Shown here one piece after another: positions 53,105 through 64,000 of a stretch of DNA of 64,000 nucleotides; position 1 is the first letter of the stretch; the number at the start of each line of letters is the position of its first letter. Position numbers and translations under genes: made by a program. The stretch lies in the NCBI RefSeq assembly GCF_036365525.1, contig NC_090379.1, positions 34,277,790 to 34,341,789 on the forward strand, written 5' to 3'. The notes beneath the pieces are model-generated. The model ran no database searches. It was given only the letters and a program-made list of their open reading frames with translations, and was not told where the DNA came from. The DNA is from Heterodontus francisci. Lineage: Eukaryota.

Positions 53105-54115
53105 GCAGCATATGGAAAGCTGACATGATGCTTCTATTCTGTGGCATTCAGCCACCACACAGCTATTCAGGGAACAGAGGCAAATTGACAGGTGGATTCA
53201 GGGGAACAATGCCTACCCATTATGCCAAGACACCATTCTGTGTGACCTGCACTGAAAAGCAACATTATAATTGAGCCCAAGCAGCAACTAGCCAGGTGTT
53301 GGAGAGGATAGTTCAGAAAGGTCACATCGATACTTGGACAAGTCAGAGTGTGTCCCCCAGTATGCATCAGAGAGGGAGGGGAGGGGGGAGCAAGAATATT
53401 TGTGGCCTACTGTACACTTCAGAATTTCACATTATGGGAAGGGCACAGTTTGGGCATACCTGGCAAGGAGACCATGGCACCAGAAGATCCTGAGCTGGAA
53501 GTCATGGATGATGTCCACTCAGATGCATCATCACTTTGAGCTGCCAGGACTGTCACAGGGCAGCTTGAGGAACAGCACCTCATTTACCAATTAGGCACGC
53601 TACAGCTTACCGGACTGAACATTGAGTTCAATAATTTCAGACCATGACAGGCCCCCCCTTTTTTTATTTTTAGTTATTTTTTCCTTTTTATGTGTTTATT
53701 TTTTGGTTTGTTTAGTTTGTTTCTACTGTGCCTACCCACTGTTTTTTTCATGTTTGTGCTTGGGGCCAGGCTGCTCAGCTTTCTGTCCATTAACACCCTC
53801 TCTGAACTAATGCTTTGTCTTTCAGCACACCAATAACATACCGTTTGCCTTTGCTCCATGACCTTCTGGTCAGTTATTCTCTGTGACCTTGTCCTATCAA
53901 CACCTCTTTTGTTATCTCTTGCCCCACCCCCACTTTACTTGCTGAAAACCTTTTACATTTCTAATATCTGCCAGTTCTGATGAAGGGTCACTGACGTGAA
54001 ACGTTAACTCTGCTTCTCTCTCCACAGATGCTGCCAGACCTGCTGAGTATTTCCAGCATTTCTTGTTTGTGTTTCTGTCACAGGGCAGCTTGTTACAGAG
54101 GTGTTCAGCACTTCA
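53105..54115 (+). pseudogene. Decayed PIF/Harbinger (HARBI1-like) DDE transposase C-terminus, split by a Penelope insertion
   Basis: Ordered remnants S*HDASILWHS...WIQGNNAYPL / TEKQHYN*AQAATSQVLER / RYLDKSECVPQYASER / ARIFVAYCTLQN / AARTVTGQL-VTEVF follow the DDE_Tnp_4 motif order. Confidence 0.75.
53568..54074 (+). mobile_element. Penelope-like 3' end with hammerhead motif (53973-54009)
   Basis: Similar to 41730-42190; perfect 18-bp direct repeat ctgtcacagggcagcttg at 53550-53567 and 54075-54092. Confidence 0.9.
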
Positions 54116-54646
54116 TTGCCTCTACCTACAAAACCTAGCTTGCCAACCTTTGCCCTTGCTCTCAGACAAAAAAATCTGAAATCATTGCCCTCAGATGCAG
54201 ATGACAATGCATGAGCTCTCATTCCCCACAGCATTATGCAAAAATTCATCAGCTGGATGAACTCAGAACCATCTGTGAGAACCATTCCCGATGTGAGTGT
54301 GATTTCAATGATAATGAACCACAGAATGAAAGTGACCATTCAACTGTAATACAACAATGAACAGAACACAAACAGGCTTCCGTGAATGATAAGGCACAAA
54401 ATAAGTGAACTTTCAACCTGAACAGAGAAATCGCATGAATGACTCAAAAGAATAAGTGCACAAACTACATACATTAACTTCAGGATATATAGCATTCTCC
54501 ATAGGACTATTAGTGCACAGTGAACCTTAATAAAGAAATGTTCAAAGACAAATAGCCCTGCATCAGTGCCTCAGAACAGAATAAGTGCACTGTCAATTTG
54601 CAGACATTAAATGCAAGATTATAAACCTGCTCCATAGAATTGTAAT

Positions 54647-55346
54647 ATTGACAAATGGACAGACTCCCTCACGTCTGTAAAGAGTTTGGAGTGACCATCA
54701 GCATCAGGAAGACAAATATCATGGTCCAGGAAGTTGCCATACAGCCATCAATCAGCACTGACAATGTGACGCTGGAGGTTGTTGATAACTTCACATATCC
54801 AGGCTCCACAATCACCAGCAATGTCACTTGATTCTGAAATCAACAGGCGCATTGCAAAAGCTGCAGCTGTTAAATCCAAACTGAGTAAGAGAGTGTAAAA
54901 CAACAGCAATAATAATAATATAAAATAAAAACAAGAAATGCTGGAAATACTCAGCAGGTCTGGCAGCATTGTGGAGAGACAAGCAGAGTTAACGTTTCAG
55001 GTCAGACAGCCTTCATGAGAACAACAGCAACCTAACAGAAAACACCAAACTGCGAGTCTACCAAGCCTGTGTCTCTGTGCACTCCTCTAGTTTTGAGACC
55101 TGGACAACATATCCTAGGCACGAGAAAAGGCCGAACAGTTTCCACATTTGCCATCTCAGATGTATCCTCTGCATCTCTTGACGGGACAAGGTCACCAACT
55201 CAGAGGTCTTGGAGCGTGATAATTCTGTCAGCATGCAGAGACTGCCATGCCAGAGTGGGGGTCCTGAGCCATACCAAGCAATGTTTAACCACCAAGGTGC
55301 AAACCATCATCTCAAAAGATGGATTGCTGCCAGAGACAGAGAAACA
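54647..55346 (+). mobile_element. 5'-truncated RTE LINE containing a Penelope terminus (54910-55019, minus)
   Basis: LEVVDNFTYPGSTITSN remnant; 19-bp TSD tgctccatagaattgtaat; inner TSD aacaacagcaa at 54899-54909 and 55020-55030. Confidence 0.8.
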
Positions 55347-56719
55347 TGCTCCATAGAATTGTAATGGTGCACATTGAACCATGATATAGCAATGGCCAAA
55401 GACAAACATAACTCAGTAATTCAGAACAGGAACAGTAGTCAATTGCCGTATAGTTATGGCATTTTACAAAGCAGGTACAACAAAACTAAGTGTTCTTTGA
55501 GCTGGAAATGATAAAATAACCAGATGCAACCTGACAGTTACCTTACTCTTTTAAGACACATGCTGCCCACCTGTGCCAGATGTGCCTTTCTGACGAATAT
55601 TCTACTGCTGTGTCTGAGTCTCCTCAAGACCAGTAAAGTGGGAAGTGGTGGGCTCCTGATGCCAAAGTAAAGTCACACTCTTGATTCCTGGCGGCATACT
55701 CCTGGCATGGAACTGCTGCTGGCTGCATCTCTCAGGGGTGAGGGCAACTGTGTAGCCTGGTCTCACCTGCCATGTTCCACTGTCATGGTGATCTGAGGGT
55801 GAAGGCAAGAGTCCTGGCAAATGCTGCTGTCCTAACAGTCGGCAGAATCAACTATTTGGACTACACCCACTTACCTTCAACTTGGCCCTGGAATTGCGGC
55901 CCCAGTCTTCAGTTGGATGGTTACTCCGATGGCAGCCACTAAATCCTGGAAGCTCCAAATCGCTGCATAATCAGAGAATGGAAGCCATGATTCAGGACAT
56001 CCTCCAATCTGTCCCCCAAAGCCACCAGAGCTGCACTAGGAGCTTTCATAAAGGTGGAAGCTCAGACTGCTTCCTGTCTGGTTCTAAACCTAGGGATCTA
56101 CTCCATGCCCCAATACAGCTGCAACTTGTTGCATCGGTTCATGCAAAGCAGACACCGCATCCATGATGTTGCCACTTATTACAGTGTACACCACATTGCT
56201 GCAGCATGTGTCTCTTAAGGAGACAACTCATGATTCTTCTGCCCTTGGTCGCTTTCTATTCTGCCTCTGTGAAGAAATGGCCACATCCTCCCCCACTTCC
56301 CACTCTTCAACTGTCCCATGAACTATCAGCCTCAGCCAGTAAATTTACCTGGCCCCGACACACTGCGCTGGTGCTTGCTAGGTGAACTAGGTGATGCTGC
56401 TGTTGGGACATACGGCCTTGGAGAAGGCAAGGATGATGTGCTCTGAGATGAGGACAGAAGAATAAAGCCTTGATCTGCTTCTGCTTCATCACCCTGCTCA
56501 TGAAGGCCTACAAGGAATAAGGAGGCCCAGGCACTCTTCATTTATTTCCACCTGGAGCTTCTCCCCTTGCTCCTCCTCAGTTAACTGTTGCGGCTTTGGT
56601 GGATCTATAGAAAGTAAAGGAATAAGATTAAAATGGATTCAGTCTCTAGTTAAAGTGGTTTAAAGGTTAGGTTAGTGTAATTGTGCAAAGGGCTACCATG
56701 CAGAGATAACAGGAGCTTA

Positions 56720-56882
56720 GGGTATACACCTGGTGGCAGCATACCACTGACCTCAGCTTCCATCACAGTCACTACGGTATCGCAGCCCAGGATGTCTTTC
56801 TCTTAATGGGAGGTCAGGGCTCTGAGGATGGAGATCTGCTCCACAGTGATCTCCCTCTCTCTGGCATTGTACGTCAACTTGC
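56720..56882 (-). pseudogene. Decayed exon of a Harbinger Myb/SANT-like gene
   Basis: tttgtag acceptor then KLTYNAREREITVEQISILRALTSH*E, resembling KxAHNxRERxxTGGG...LT. Confidence 0.5.
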
Positions 56883-57959
56883 CTACAAAAAGAAGAGAAT
56901 GTAGGTTTACTTGCAGTTAATCAATGTGTGTGTTATGATTCCCATGCAGACCACCAACAAATGAAAAGAATCAAATCCACGGACTGACCCCAATTTAGGA
57001 ATCCAAAAACTAAACAGACAAGATTTCACTTTTATAGGTTTTACTTTAACACTCAAACCAAAGCCAACATAAATTAAACATGAACTAACGGTTAAATCAC
57101 AGTCGATATTTATCTTAAAGGTTACACTTTAACGATCAGATGCAACAAGGATAAATTTCATAAGTCCTTTGACAATCCTTTCAGCAAAATAGCACTGAAC
57201 AGTCCCAAAGTCCTTCAGGTCTTTGAACGTTTCCCGTAGATCTCCAGATCCCATCTTCCCAAGATGCATAGGCCAGCTTCCACTCTGCAATCTGATATGG
57301 CTGGCTTATATGGCTGGTCTAATTCATTTAATGGTCAATGGTAACTCCCAGGATGTTGACAGTTGGGGATTCAGTGATGGTAAAGCAATTAAATGTCATG
57401 GGGAGATGGTTGGATTCTCTCTTGTTTGGGATGGTCATTGCCTGGCACTTGTGTGGTGCTTGTCAGTTGTGTGAATGCTACATAGAATTACATAGAATCT
57501 ACAGCACAGAAATAGGCAATTTGGCCAAACTAGGCTTTGCCGGTATTTATATTCCACACCAGTGTTTTCCCACTCTAATTATCTCTTCCAATCCTGTCTC
57601 TGTATCACTCCATTCCATTCTTCCTCATACATATGTCAAGCCTCCCCTTGAAATCATCAGTGCTATCTGCTTCAACCACTTCACGTGGCAGTGAGTTCCA
57701 CATTATTACCAATCAGTAAGCAAAGAAATTCCTTCTAAATTCTTTACCTATCTCTTAATGACTATCATATTTATGCCCCCTTGTTCTGGACACATACAAG
57801 TGGAAACAGTTTCTCCTTATCAAGCACCTTCCCAATTTTAAAGATCACTATCGGATCTCCTTTTGGTCCTTATTTTCCACAGAAAAAAAGCCCTGGCCTG
57901 CTCAATCTTTTCTGATAGATGCATTCTCTTAATTCTGTTAAAATCCTTGTAAATCCTTC

Positions 57960-58620
57960 ACTGCCTCTGTGTTGTCAGACTGCTGTGTCCACCCAGTCCT
58001 GATGAGCAAAAAATTCTTCAAATTAAACACAGGGAACGCTGGAGCCATTATCTTCAGTCCCTGCCACAAACTCTGTACCCTAGGCAGTAATTCCAAGTCT
58101 CTCCCTCTCCCTGGCCTCTGCTTCACACTAATACAGACTGGCCACAATCTCACCACTGAGATGAGCTTCCGACACCACATCCTTTCCATCACAACGACTG
58201 CCTGCTTCCACCCCTGTGACATCATCCATCTCTGCCCTGCCTCAGCCCACCTGCTGCTGAAATCCTCATCCCTGTTTTTGTTACCTCCACTCAGCTATTC
58301 CACTGCTCATATGGCCATTTCCCTATCTTCCACCCTCGATAAGAACAAGCTCATCCAAAAACCTTTTCCTTATATCCCATCTCTCACCATGTCCCATTCA
58401 CTCTTCTGTTCAAGGGCCTTCATGACCTACCTCCCAGTTCAGCAACATCTTGACTTTAAAATTCTCATCCTCTTATTCAAATTGTTCCATTGCCTTTGCT
58501 CCTCCCCTTCGCTGTAACTTCCTACAGCCCTCCAAAAGCACCGCATTCCTCCAACTCTAGCCTATTCTGTATCTCCCACTTTCTTTGCCTCACTATTGGT
58601 GGTCTTGCCTACCAATGGCA
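57960..58620 (+). mobile_element. L2-type LINE 3' ORF2 fragment
   Basis: LSDC...MSKKFFKLNTGNAGAIIF, LPVQQHLDFKILILLFK. Confidence 0.75.
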
Positions 58621-58874
58621 TTAAGCTATTAGTCTATGGTTCCATCTCCCTTTTTGAAGATAGGAATTATATTTGCTATCTGCCAGAATTCTGGTACTAC
58701 TCCTTTATCCATTGAATCTTTACATATGCATACTATTGCCTCAGCTTTCTATTTTCTTTGTGTATCTTCAGGACCAATCCACTGAGGCCCGGGGCTTTGC
58801 CCTCTTCAGGGTGTCGTTTCCCCTTTCTATTTTAACTGTTAAAACCCCTCCAGACTTTTCGACTTTTGTCATTT

Positions 58875-59660
58875 CATAGGAACAGGTATACGATAATCAG
58901 GCCCTCCAGCTTGTTTTGCCTTTGCTGATCTGTATCTTAATTTCATTTTCCATAACCCTTAATACCCTTGTCTAACAAAAATCTATCAATCTCAGTTTTC
59001 AAGTTTTCAATTGACCTTGCCATAAAAGCTTATAGGGAGTGAGTTCCAGTTTGCCACTACCCTTTGTGTGAAGAAATGCTTTCTGACAGCACCAGCTTAT
59101 TTCTAATTTTAAAGTTATGCCCATTTGGTCTGGACTCCCCCACCAGAGGAAATAGCTCCTCCCTAGCCTTCCCATCAAATCCTTTAATCATCGTATATAC
59201 CTCACTTATGCCATCCCATAATCTTCTACATTCGGGGCATTTCTGGTGAATCTGTGCTGCACCCCCGCCAATATACCCTTCTTGGGATGCAGTGCCCAGA
59301 AATGAATGCAGTACTCCAGATGGGGTTGAACTAGAGTTGTGTACAGTTGGAACATAACTTCCACCCTTTTCAGATAAAGGCCAAAAGTCAATTAACCTTT
59401 TAAATTACCTTCGTACCTGTCCACCTGCTTTTAGTGATCTCTATGCGTGGACCCCTAAATTTCTCTGCTCATCCACAGTTACTAGTTTCTCGCTTCTTCG
59501 AAATACTCTGATATATTATTCTTAGGTTTCTTATGGGTAACCTCTCACTCACATTGAACTCCATCTGCCACAATTTTTCCATTCACTTAATCTATCAATG
59601 TCCCTTTCCAACTTTCTACTCATATTATTCACTGTGCCATCAGCAAACTTAGATATACAG
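58875..59660 (-). mobile_element. Old CR1 3' fragment
   Basis: QLYTTLVQPHLEYCIHFW. Confidence 0.7.
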
Positions 59661-59671
59661 GTCTCTTTCAT

Positions 59672-61565
59672 TCATAAGACCACAAGAAATAGGTGTAGCA
59701 GTAGGCCATTCAGCCCCTCAAGCCTGCCCCGCCATTCAATAAGATCATGGCTGATCTGCTCCAGGCCTCAACTCCTCTTTCAGGCCTGCTCCGCATAACC
59801 CTGGACTCCCTGAGGTTTCAAAAATCTACCTCCTCCTTAAATACATTTAGTGACCTCGCCTCCACAACTCTCTGAGGTAGAGAATTCCACTGAGAGAAGA
59901 AATTTCTTCGCATCTCAGTTTTAAATGTGTGCCCCCTTATTCTGTAACTATGTCTCCTAGTTCGAGATTCCCCAACCAGTGGAAACATCTTCTCAACATC
60001 TACCCTGCCAAGCCCCCTTAAAATCTTATATGTTTCAATAAGATCACCACTCATTCTTCAATGAATAAAGGCCTAACCTGTTTAGCCGTTCTTGATAAGA
60101 CAACCCCTTCAGCCCAGGAATCAGCCTAGTGAACCTTTTCTGAACTGCCTCCAATGCTAGTATATCCATCCTTAAATACGGGGACCAAAACTCTACGCAG
60201 TACTCCAGGTGTGGCCTCACCAACACCCTGTACAGTTGTAACAAGACTTCTCTATTTTTAAACTTCAACCCCCTAGCAATAAAGACCAAAATTCCATTTG
60301 CCTTCTTAATTACTTGCTGCAACTGCATGCTAACATTTTGTGTTTCATGAACAAGAACACCCAGATCCCTCTGTACTGCAGTATTTTGTAGTCTTTCTCC
60401 ATCTAAATAATAATCTGCCTTTTTATTCTTCCTACCACTTTCCCACATCGAACTCTATTTGCCAAGTTTTTGCCTACTCACTTAACCTATCTATATCCCT
60501 TTGCAGATTTTTTGTGTCCTCAACACAACATGCGTTCCCATCTATTTTTGTATCATCAGCAAATTTGGATACACTACACTCTGTCCCTTCCTCCAAGTCA
60601 TTAATATAGATCGTAAATAGTTGAGGCCCTAGGACCGATCCTTGTGGCACTCCACTAGTTACGGCTTTCCAACCTGAAAAAGATCCATTGATCCAGACTC
60701 TCTGCCTTCTGTGTGTTAGCCAATCCTCAATCCATGCCAACACATTACCCCCAATACCCTGCGCTCTTATTTTGTGCAATAACTTTTTATGTGGCACCTT
60801 ATCGAAAGCCTTCTGAAAATCCAAATACACTACATCTACCAGTTCCCCTTTATCCACTCTGCTCGTTATATCCTCAAAGAACGCTAACAAATTTGTCAAG
60901 CATGATTTCCCTTTCATAAAACCATGTTGACTCTGTTTGATTGCATTGTGGTTTTCTAAATGTCCCGCTATTTCTATCTTAATAATGGATTCTAGCATTT
61001 TCCCAATGACAGATGTTAAGCTAACTGGTCTATAGTTTCCTGCTTTTTGTCTCCCTCCTTTCTTGAATAGGGGTGTCACATTAGCAGTTTTCCAATCCGC
61101 TGGTACCCTACCGGAATCCAGTGAATTTTGGTATATTATGACCAATGCCTCCGCTATCTCTGCAGCCACTTCTTTCAAAACCCTTGGATGCAGGCCATCA
61201 GGTCCTGGCAACTTGTCTGCCTTTAGTCCCAGCAGTTTGTCCAGCACCTTTTCCCTCATGACAGAGATTGTTACAAGTTCCTCCCTCCCATTTACACCTT
61301 TTATTGTTGGGATGTTTATAGTGTCCTCCACCTGTTTCCGGGTAGGTTCTGCAACATATTGTTCTAAGAAACAATCCCTGATGCACTCTACAAATTTATC
61401 TTCCATGCTACCCTTGCCAATTTGATTTGTCCAGTTTATATGCAGATTAAAATCACCCATGATAATTGCAGTGCCCTTCTTACATGCCTCCATTATTTCC
61501 TGATTAATATTTTGTCCTACAGACAGGCAACTCCTCAGGGGCCTATAGACCACTCCCACCCGTGA
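59672..61565 (-). mobile_element. CR1-type LINE with internal deletion (386-aa ORF remnant)
   Basis: [49 protein letters not shown]. Confidence 0.93.
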
Positions 61566-62089
61566 TTTCTTTCCAAGAAATTCATCAAAGTAATTTAGAT
61601 GTAGTGAAAAGATGAGGCTCCAATACCGATCCATTGGTGGAGTAAGAACTATTAGTCACATCCTGCCAATTTGAGTACATACCTATTATCTCTACTCATG
61701 TGTCCTACCTTCTAATCAATTCCCTACGCAAGCCAATATGTGGCTTCCAATTCAATGTGCTCTCCTCTTTGCTAGCCTCTTCAGTGAAAACCGAGGCAGA
61801 GTGCCTATCCAGTATCATCTCCTGTGAGCTTATCTTGCCCTTGGTGACCCTATCCCTATTTTAATTATTCTTTCGTTAATTATGTTCTTTTAGAATATTG
61901 TACTATTTGTTCTTATATTCTTTGCCTTCTAATTGTTTTTTCTACCTCCCTTAGGTCTATCCACATTGGCTTTTCCCCCCAAACTATCATCTTAATTTGT
62001 GTACTGTTATCTCTCTCAATTGTTAAGAGAGTTTAGACATGATCATGCCCAGGCAAGGAGGAAGAGGAGGACATCATGAGTTTCTTTAC

Positions 62090-62353
62090 CTTGTTAAATA
62101 TGGTCAGGTCATTAAACTTTTTCTGACACTGCTCTGAGGTCCTGAAAGATACAGAAATGGCACTCAGAGGCAGTGCCACTTCATTGCAAGTGCCACAACA
62201 AATGATTTGGACCAGCTTGGTTATCCTGCTTCCAAGGAGTCGGTCTCTCCTTATCTCTATTTCCTCCAGAAAAGCCCACAGATCTTCCTCAGAGAAACTC
62301 CAAAGTCCTCCTCCAGGTTGCTCTGCTTCTCTATGTCACAGTCGTGGTCATCT
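62090..62353 (-). pseudogene. Myb/SANT-like DNA-binding domain exon (Harbinger second ORF)
   Basis: Stop-free frame SFSEEDLWAFLEEIEIRRDRLLG...NEVALPLSAISVSFRTSEQCQKKFNDLTIFNK ending at donor aag|gtaaag. Confidence 0.72.
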
Positions 62354-62660
62354 CTGCAAAAATAGAGATGCTGTTGAGACACTGGAAACACATAGAAAAA
62401 AGCACTCCCCCGCAAAAAAAAATGAAAGCCAGGAATAGTCTGCCACTTACCTCCAACTTCCAGTTTCTGAAGAATAACGTATGCTGAGTGCTTCAAAAGT
62501 GTACCGTTCCATGCAGTTTCCTAGGGGCCCTAACTGGTCATGCTGAAGTTCCAGATATTTCATACTGCATTTTTTTTTAACATTCCGGCGTAGGAAAATG
62601 AAGGAAAAAACTGTAAATGTAAATTTTCGTCAACACGATCAGCATAGGACATGATGTGAT

Positions 62661-63420
62661 TGTAGTGTAAATAAATAAATTCCGTATCCACGTTATTTTG
62701 TTTTGAAATTAATTATCTCCATAGAGGAGCAGCACTCTGTGTCTTGTTTGGTTTTGTTGTCGCAGACAGCACACGATTCAGCATTCTAACATATGCTTCT
62801 CACTTTAAGTTTCCAACTTTGTTTCTCTGTAGGTGTGTGGCCCTAGCCACCAGAGGGAGCCAATATACATAGACTCACATCAACTCAGTCAGGGTCCTAA
62901 AGGCACAGTACAGCAACCAGGTCATGTTCTACTCATATACCATAACATCTCCCTCCTTTTTCAGAATTACTTGTCCAAGGGAATAAAAGTAAAATCATAT
63001 AGTCATCCCAATCACAGCACAATAACAAACAACGAATGTATAGTGTATGCTGTATGTTTTTTTTTCAGCTGAGTCCTTGAGTGTTGATAGTGTTCTTTTC
63101 AGTTCAACGTGTCAATAAAAGTCTTTGTGCATCAATAAATGAGTATCCAGCGAGCTCTTTAGCAATTGACTAATGTGTTCTCAAACTTGAATAGATCATT
63201 TCAAAAAATCTTGGGTTTTAATCTAGTAGGCACATCAGCTCACTTGCTGACAAAACCCCTACTCATACTTTGAGGGCATCTTGATAGTCTGCCTCGATCT
63301 ACTAGACCTGCTGGATCCTAAAGGTACAGCAGAGCAAACAAGTCTCGTTCTACTCACATACGATAACCTGTCTGACTATATGTATAAAGGTCAGTAAGAT
63401 GACAATAGTTAGCCCCAGAC
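62661..63420 (-). mobile_element. Gypsy-like LTR retrotransposon remnant (pol end, PPT, 3' LTR)
   Basis: Minus strand: SRSRQTIKMPSKYE (RSxRxxKxPxxY-like pol tail), PPT aaaaggagggaga directly before TGTTATG at 62947; putative LTR end actaca at 62661. Confidence 0.5.
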
Positions 63421-63469
63421 AGCCTCCACTTCTCCAGGTTACTCACACTGTTTACGTGGTTAGGGCAGC

Positions 63470-63960
63470 AGTGTGTGTCTATGTGCGCATGCGTGTGTCC
63501 AGGCCGTTGATTGGTTCGCGGGTTTGACCCGGCGGGGTCACGCCGCACAGGACGATGGTCCATTATCCATCATGGAGGCGATATTTCACGAGAAAGTAAG
63601 TTGTTGCGGAAATTACTGTTTAAAATGGCCGTGGCGGCTCGCCGGAGGAGCGCGGTCCGGAAAGGCCGCTGTGGTGGTTGACGTTGAGTTGAGAAGGACC
63701 CTCCCCCTCCTGGAGCTGCAATGAAACAGCTGTGGGACGGGGGCGGTGAGTTTTGTACAGCCCGCTGCCAGGCTCCGATTCGCTTCTTGAGGCCAGACGG
63801 GGATTTGTGGAAAGCAGATGCCCTGTGGTGGTCTTTCAAGGCTCGACTGTTGTGGGTGAGCCGAGTCGCGGTCCAATAATTACGTTCAATTCAGCGTTTT
63901 AGCTGCACGCGGAAGTGTGTCGGGGCTTAGGAGGGCGGTTCACATCTCAGCCCGATATCT
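63470..63960 (+). promoter_or_regulatory. ATXN3 promoter and first-exon CpG island
   Basis: CpG-rich; inverted CCAAT (attgg) near 63511; YY1-like aaaatggccg in intron 1; GC boxes. Confidence 0.7.
63572..63595 (+). CDS. ATXN3: ATXN3 (ataxin-3) first coding exon
   Basis: ATG GAG GCG ATA TTT CAC GAG AAA|gtaagt = MEAIFHEK (human MESIFHEK, 24-nt first coding exon); synteny with NDUFB1 and CPSF2. Confidence 0.9.
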
Positions 63961-64000
63961 AAAGAAAACTGTGAGGTCCCAAAGAACATGCTGTTCAACG

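Noticed and set aside
60474-61634. 386-aa ORF as a host gene or active RT
   Set aside because: It is an internally deleted CR1 ORF2 remnant with downstream frameshifts
63596-64000. ATXN3 polyglutamine (CAG) tract
   Set aside because: Only the first coding exon is in the window; the repeat-bearing exon would lie further right

Overview
Vertebrate genomic DNA, almost certainly from a cartilaginous fish (shark-type HE1/V-SINEs, DeuSINE, CR1, RTE and Penelope repeats). Three nuclear genes lie in the same order as human 14q32. CPSF2 is on the minus strand: 13 coding exons at 339-35982 give about 755 codons, and the last exon is outside the window. NDUFB1 is head-to-head with it on the plus strand (complete, 57 aa, missed by the ORF track) and shares a short CpG promoter near 39.8-40.0 kb. 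The first coding exon of ATXN3 is at 63572. The rest is dense, nested transposon debris. Most notable is an abundant Penelope-like (GIY-YIG) retroelement terminus, about 13 copies, carrying a minimal hammerhead ribozyme motif (CUGAnGA-stem II-GAAAC-GUU) with visible stem II covariation; it also occurs as short TSD-flanked and palindromic mini-elements. Also present are a PIF/Harbinger MITE family with 3-bp TSDs, a decayed two-gene Harbinger (DDE transposase plus Myb/SANT) between NDUFB1 and ATXN3, inverted CR1 copies flanking three CPSF2 exons, and a Gypsy-like LTR with a CTCF-like motif upstream of ATXN3. Exon boundaries were read by hand; repeat boundaries are approximate and family names come from recalled similarity, not a database search.
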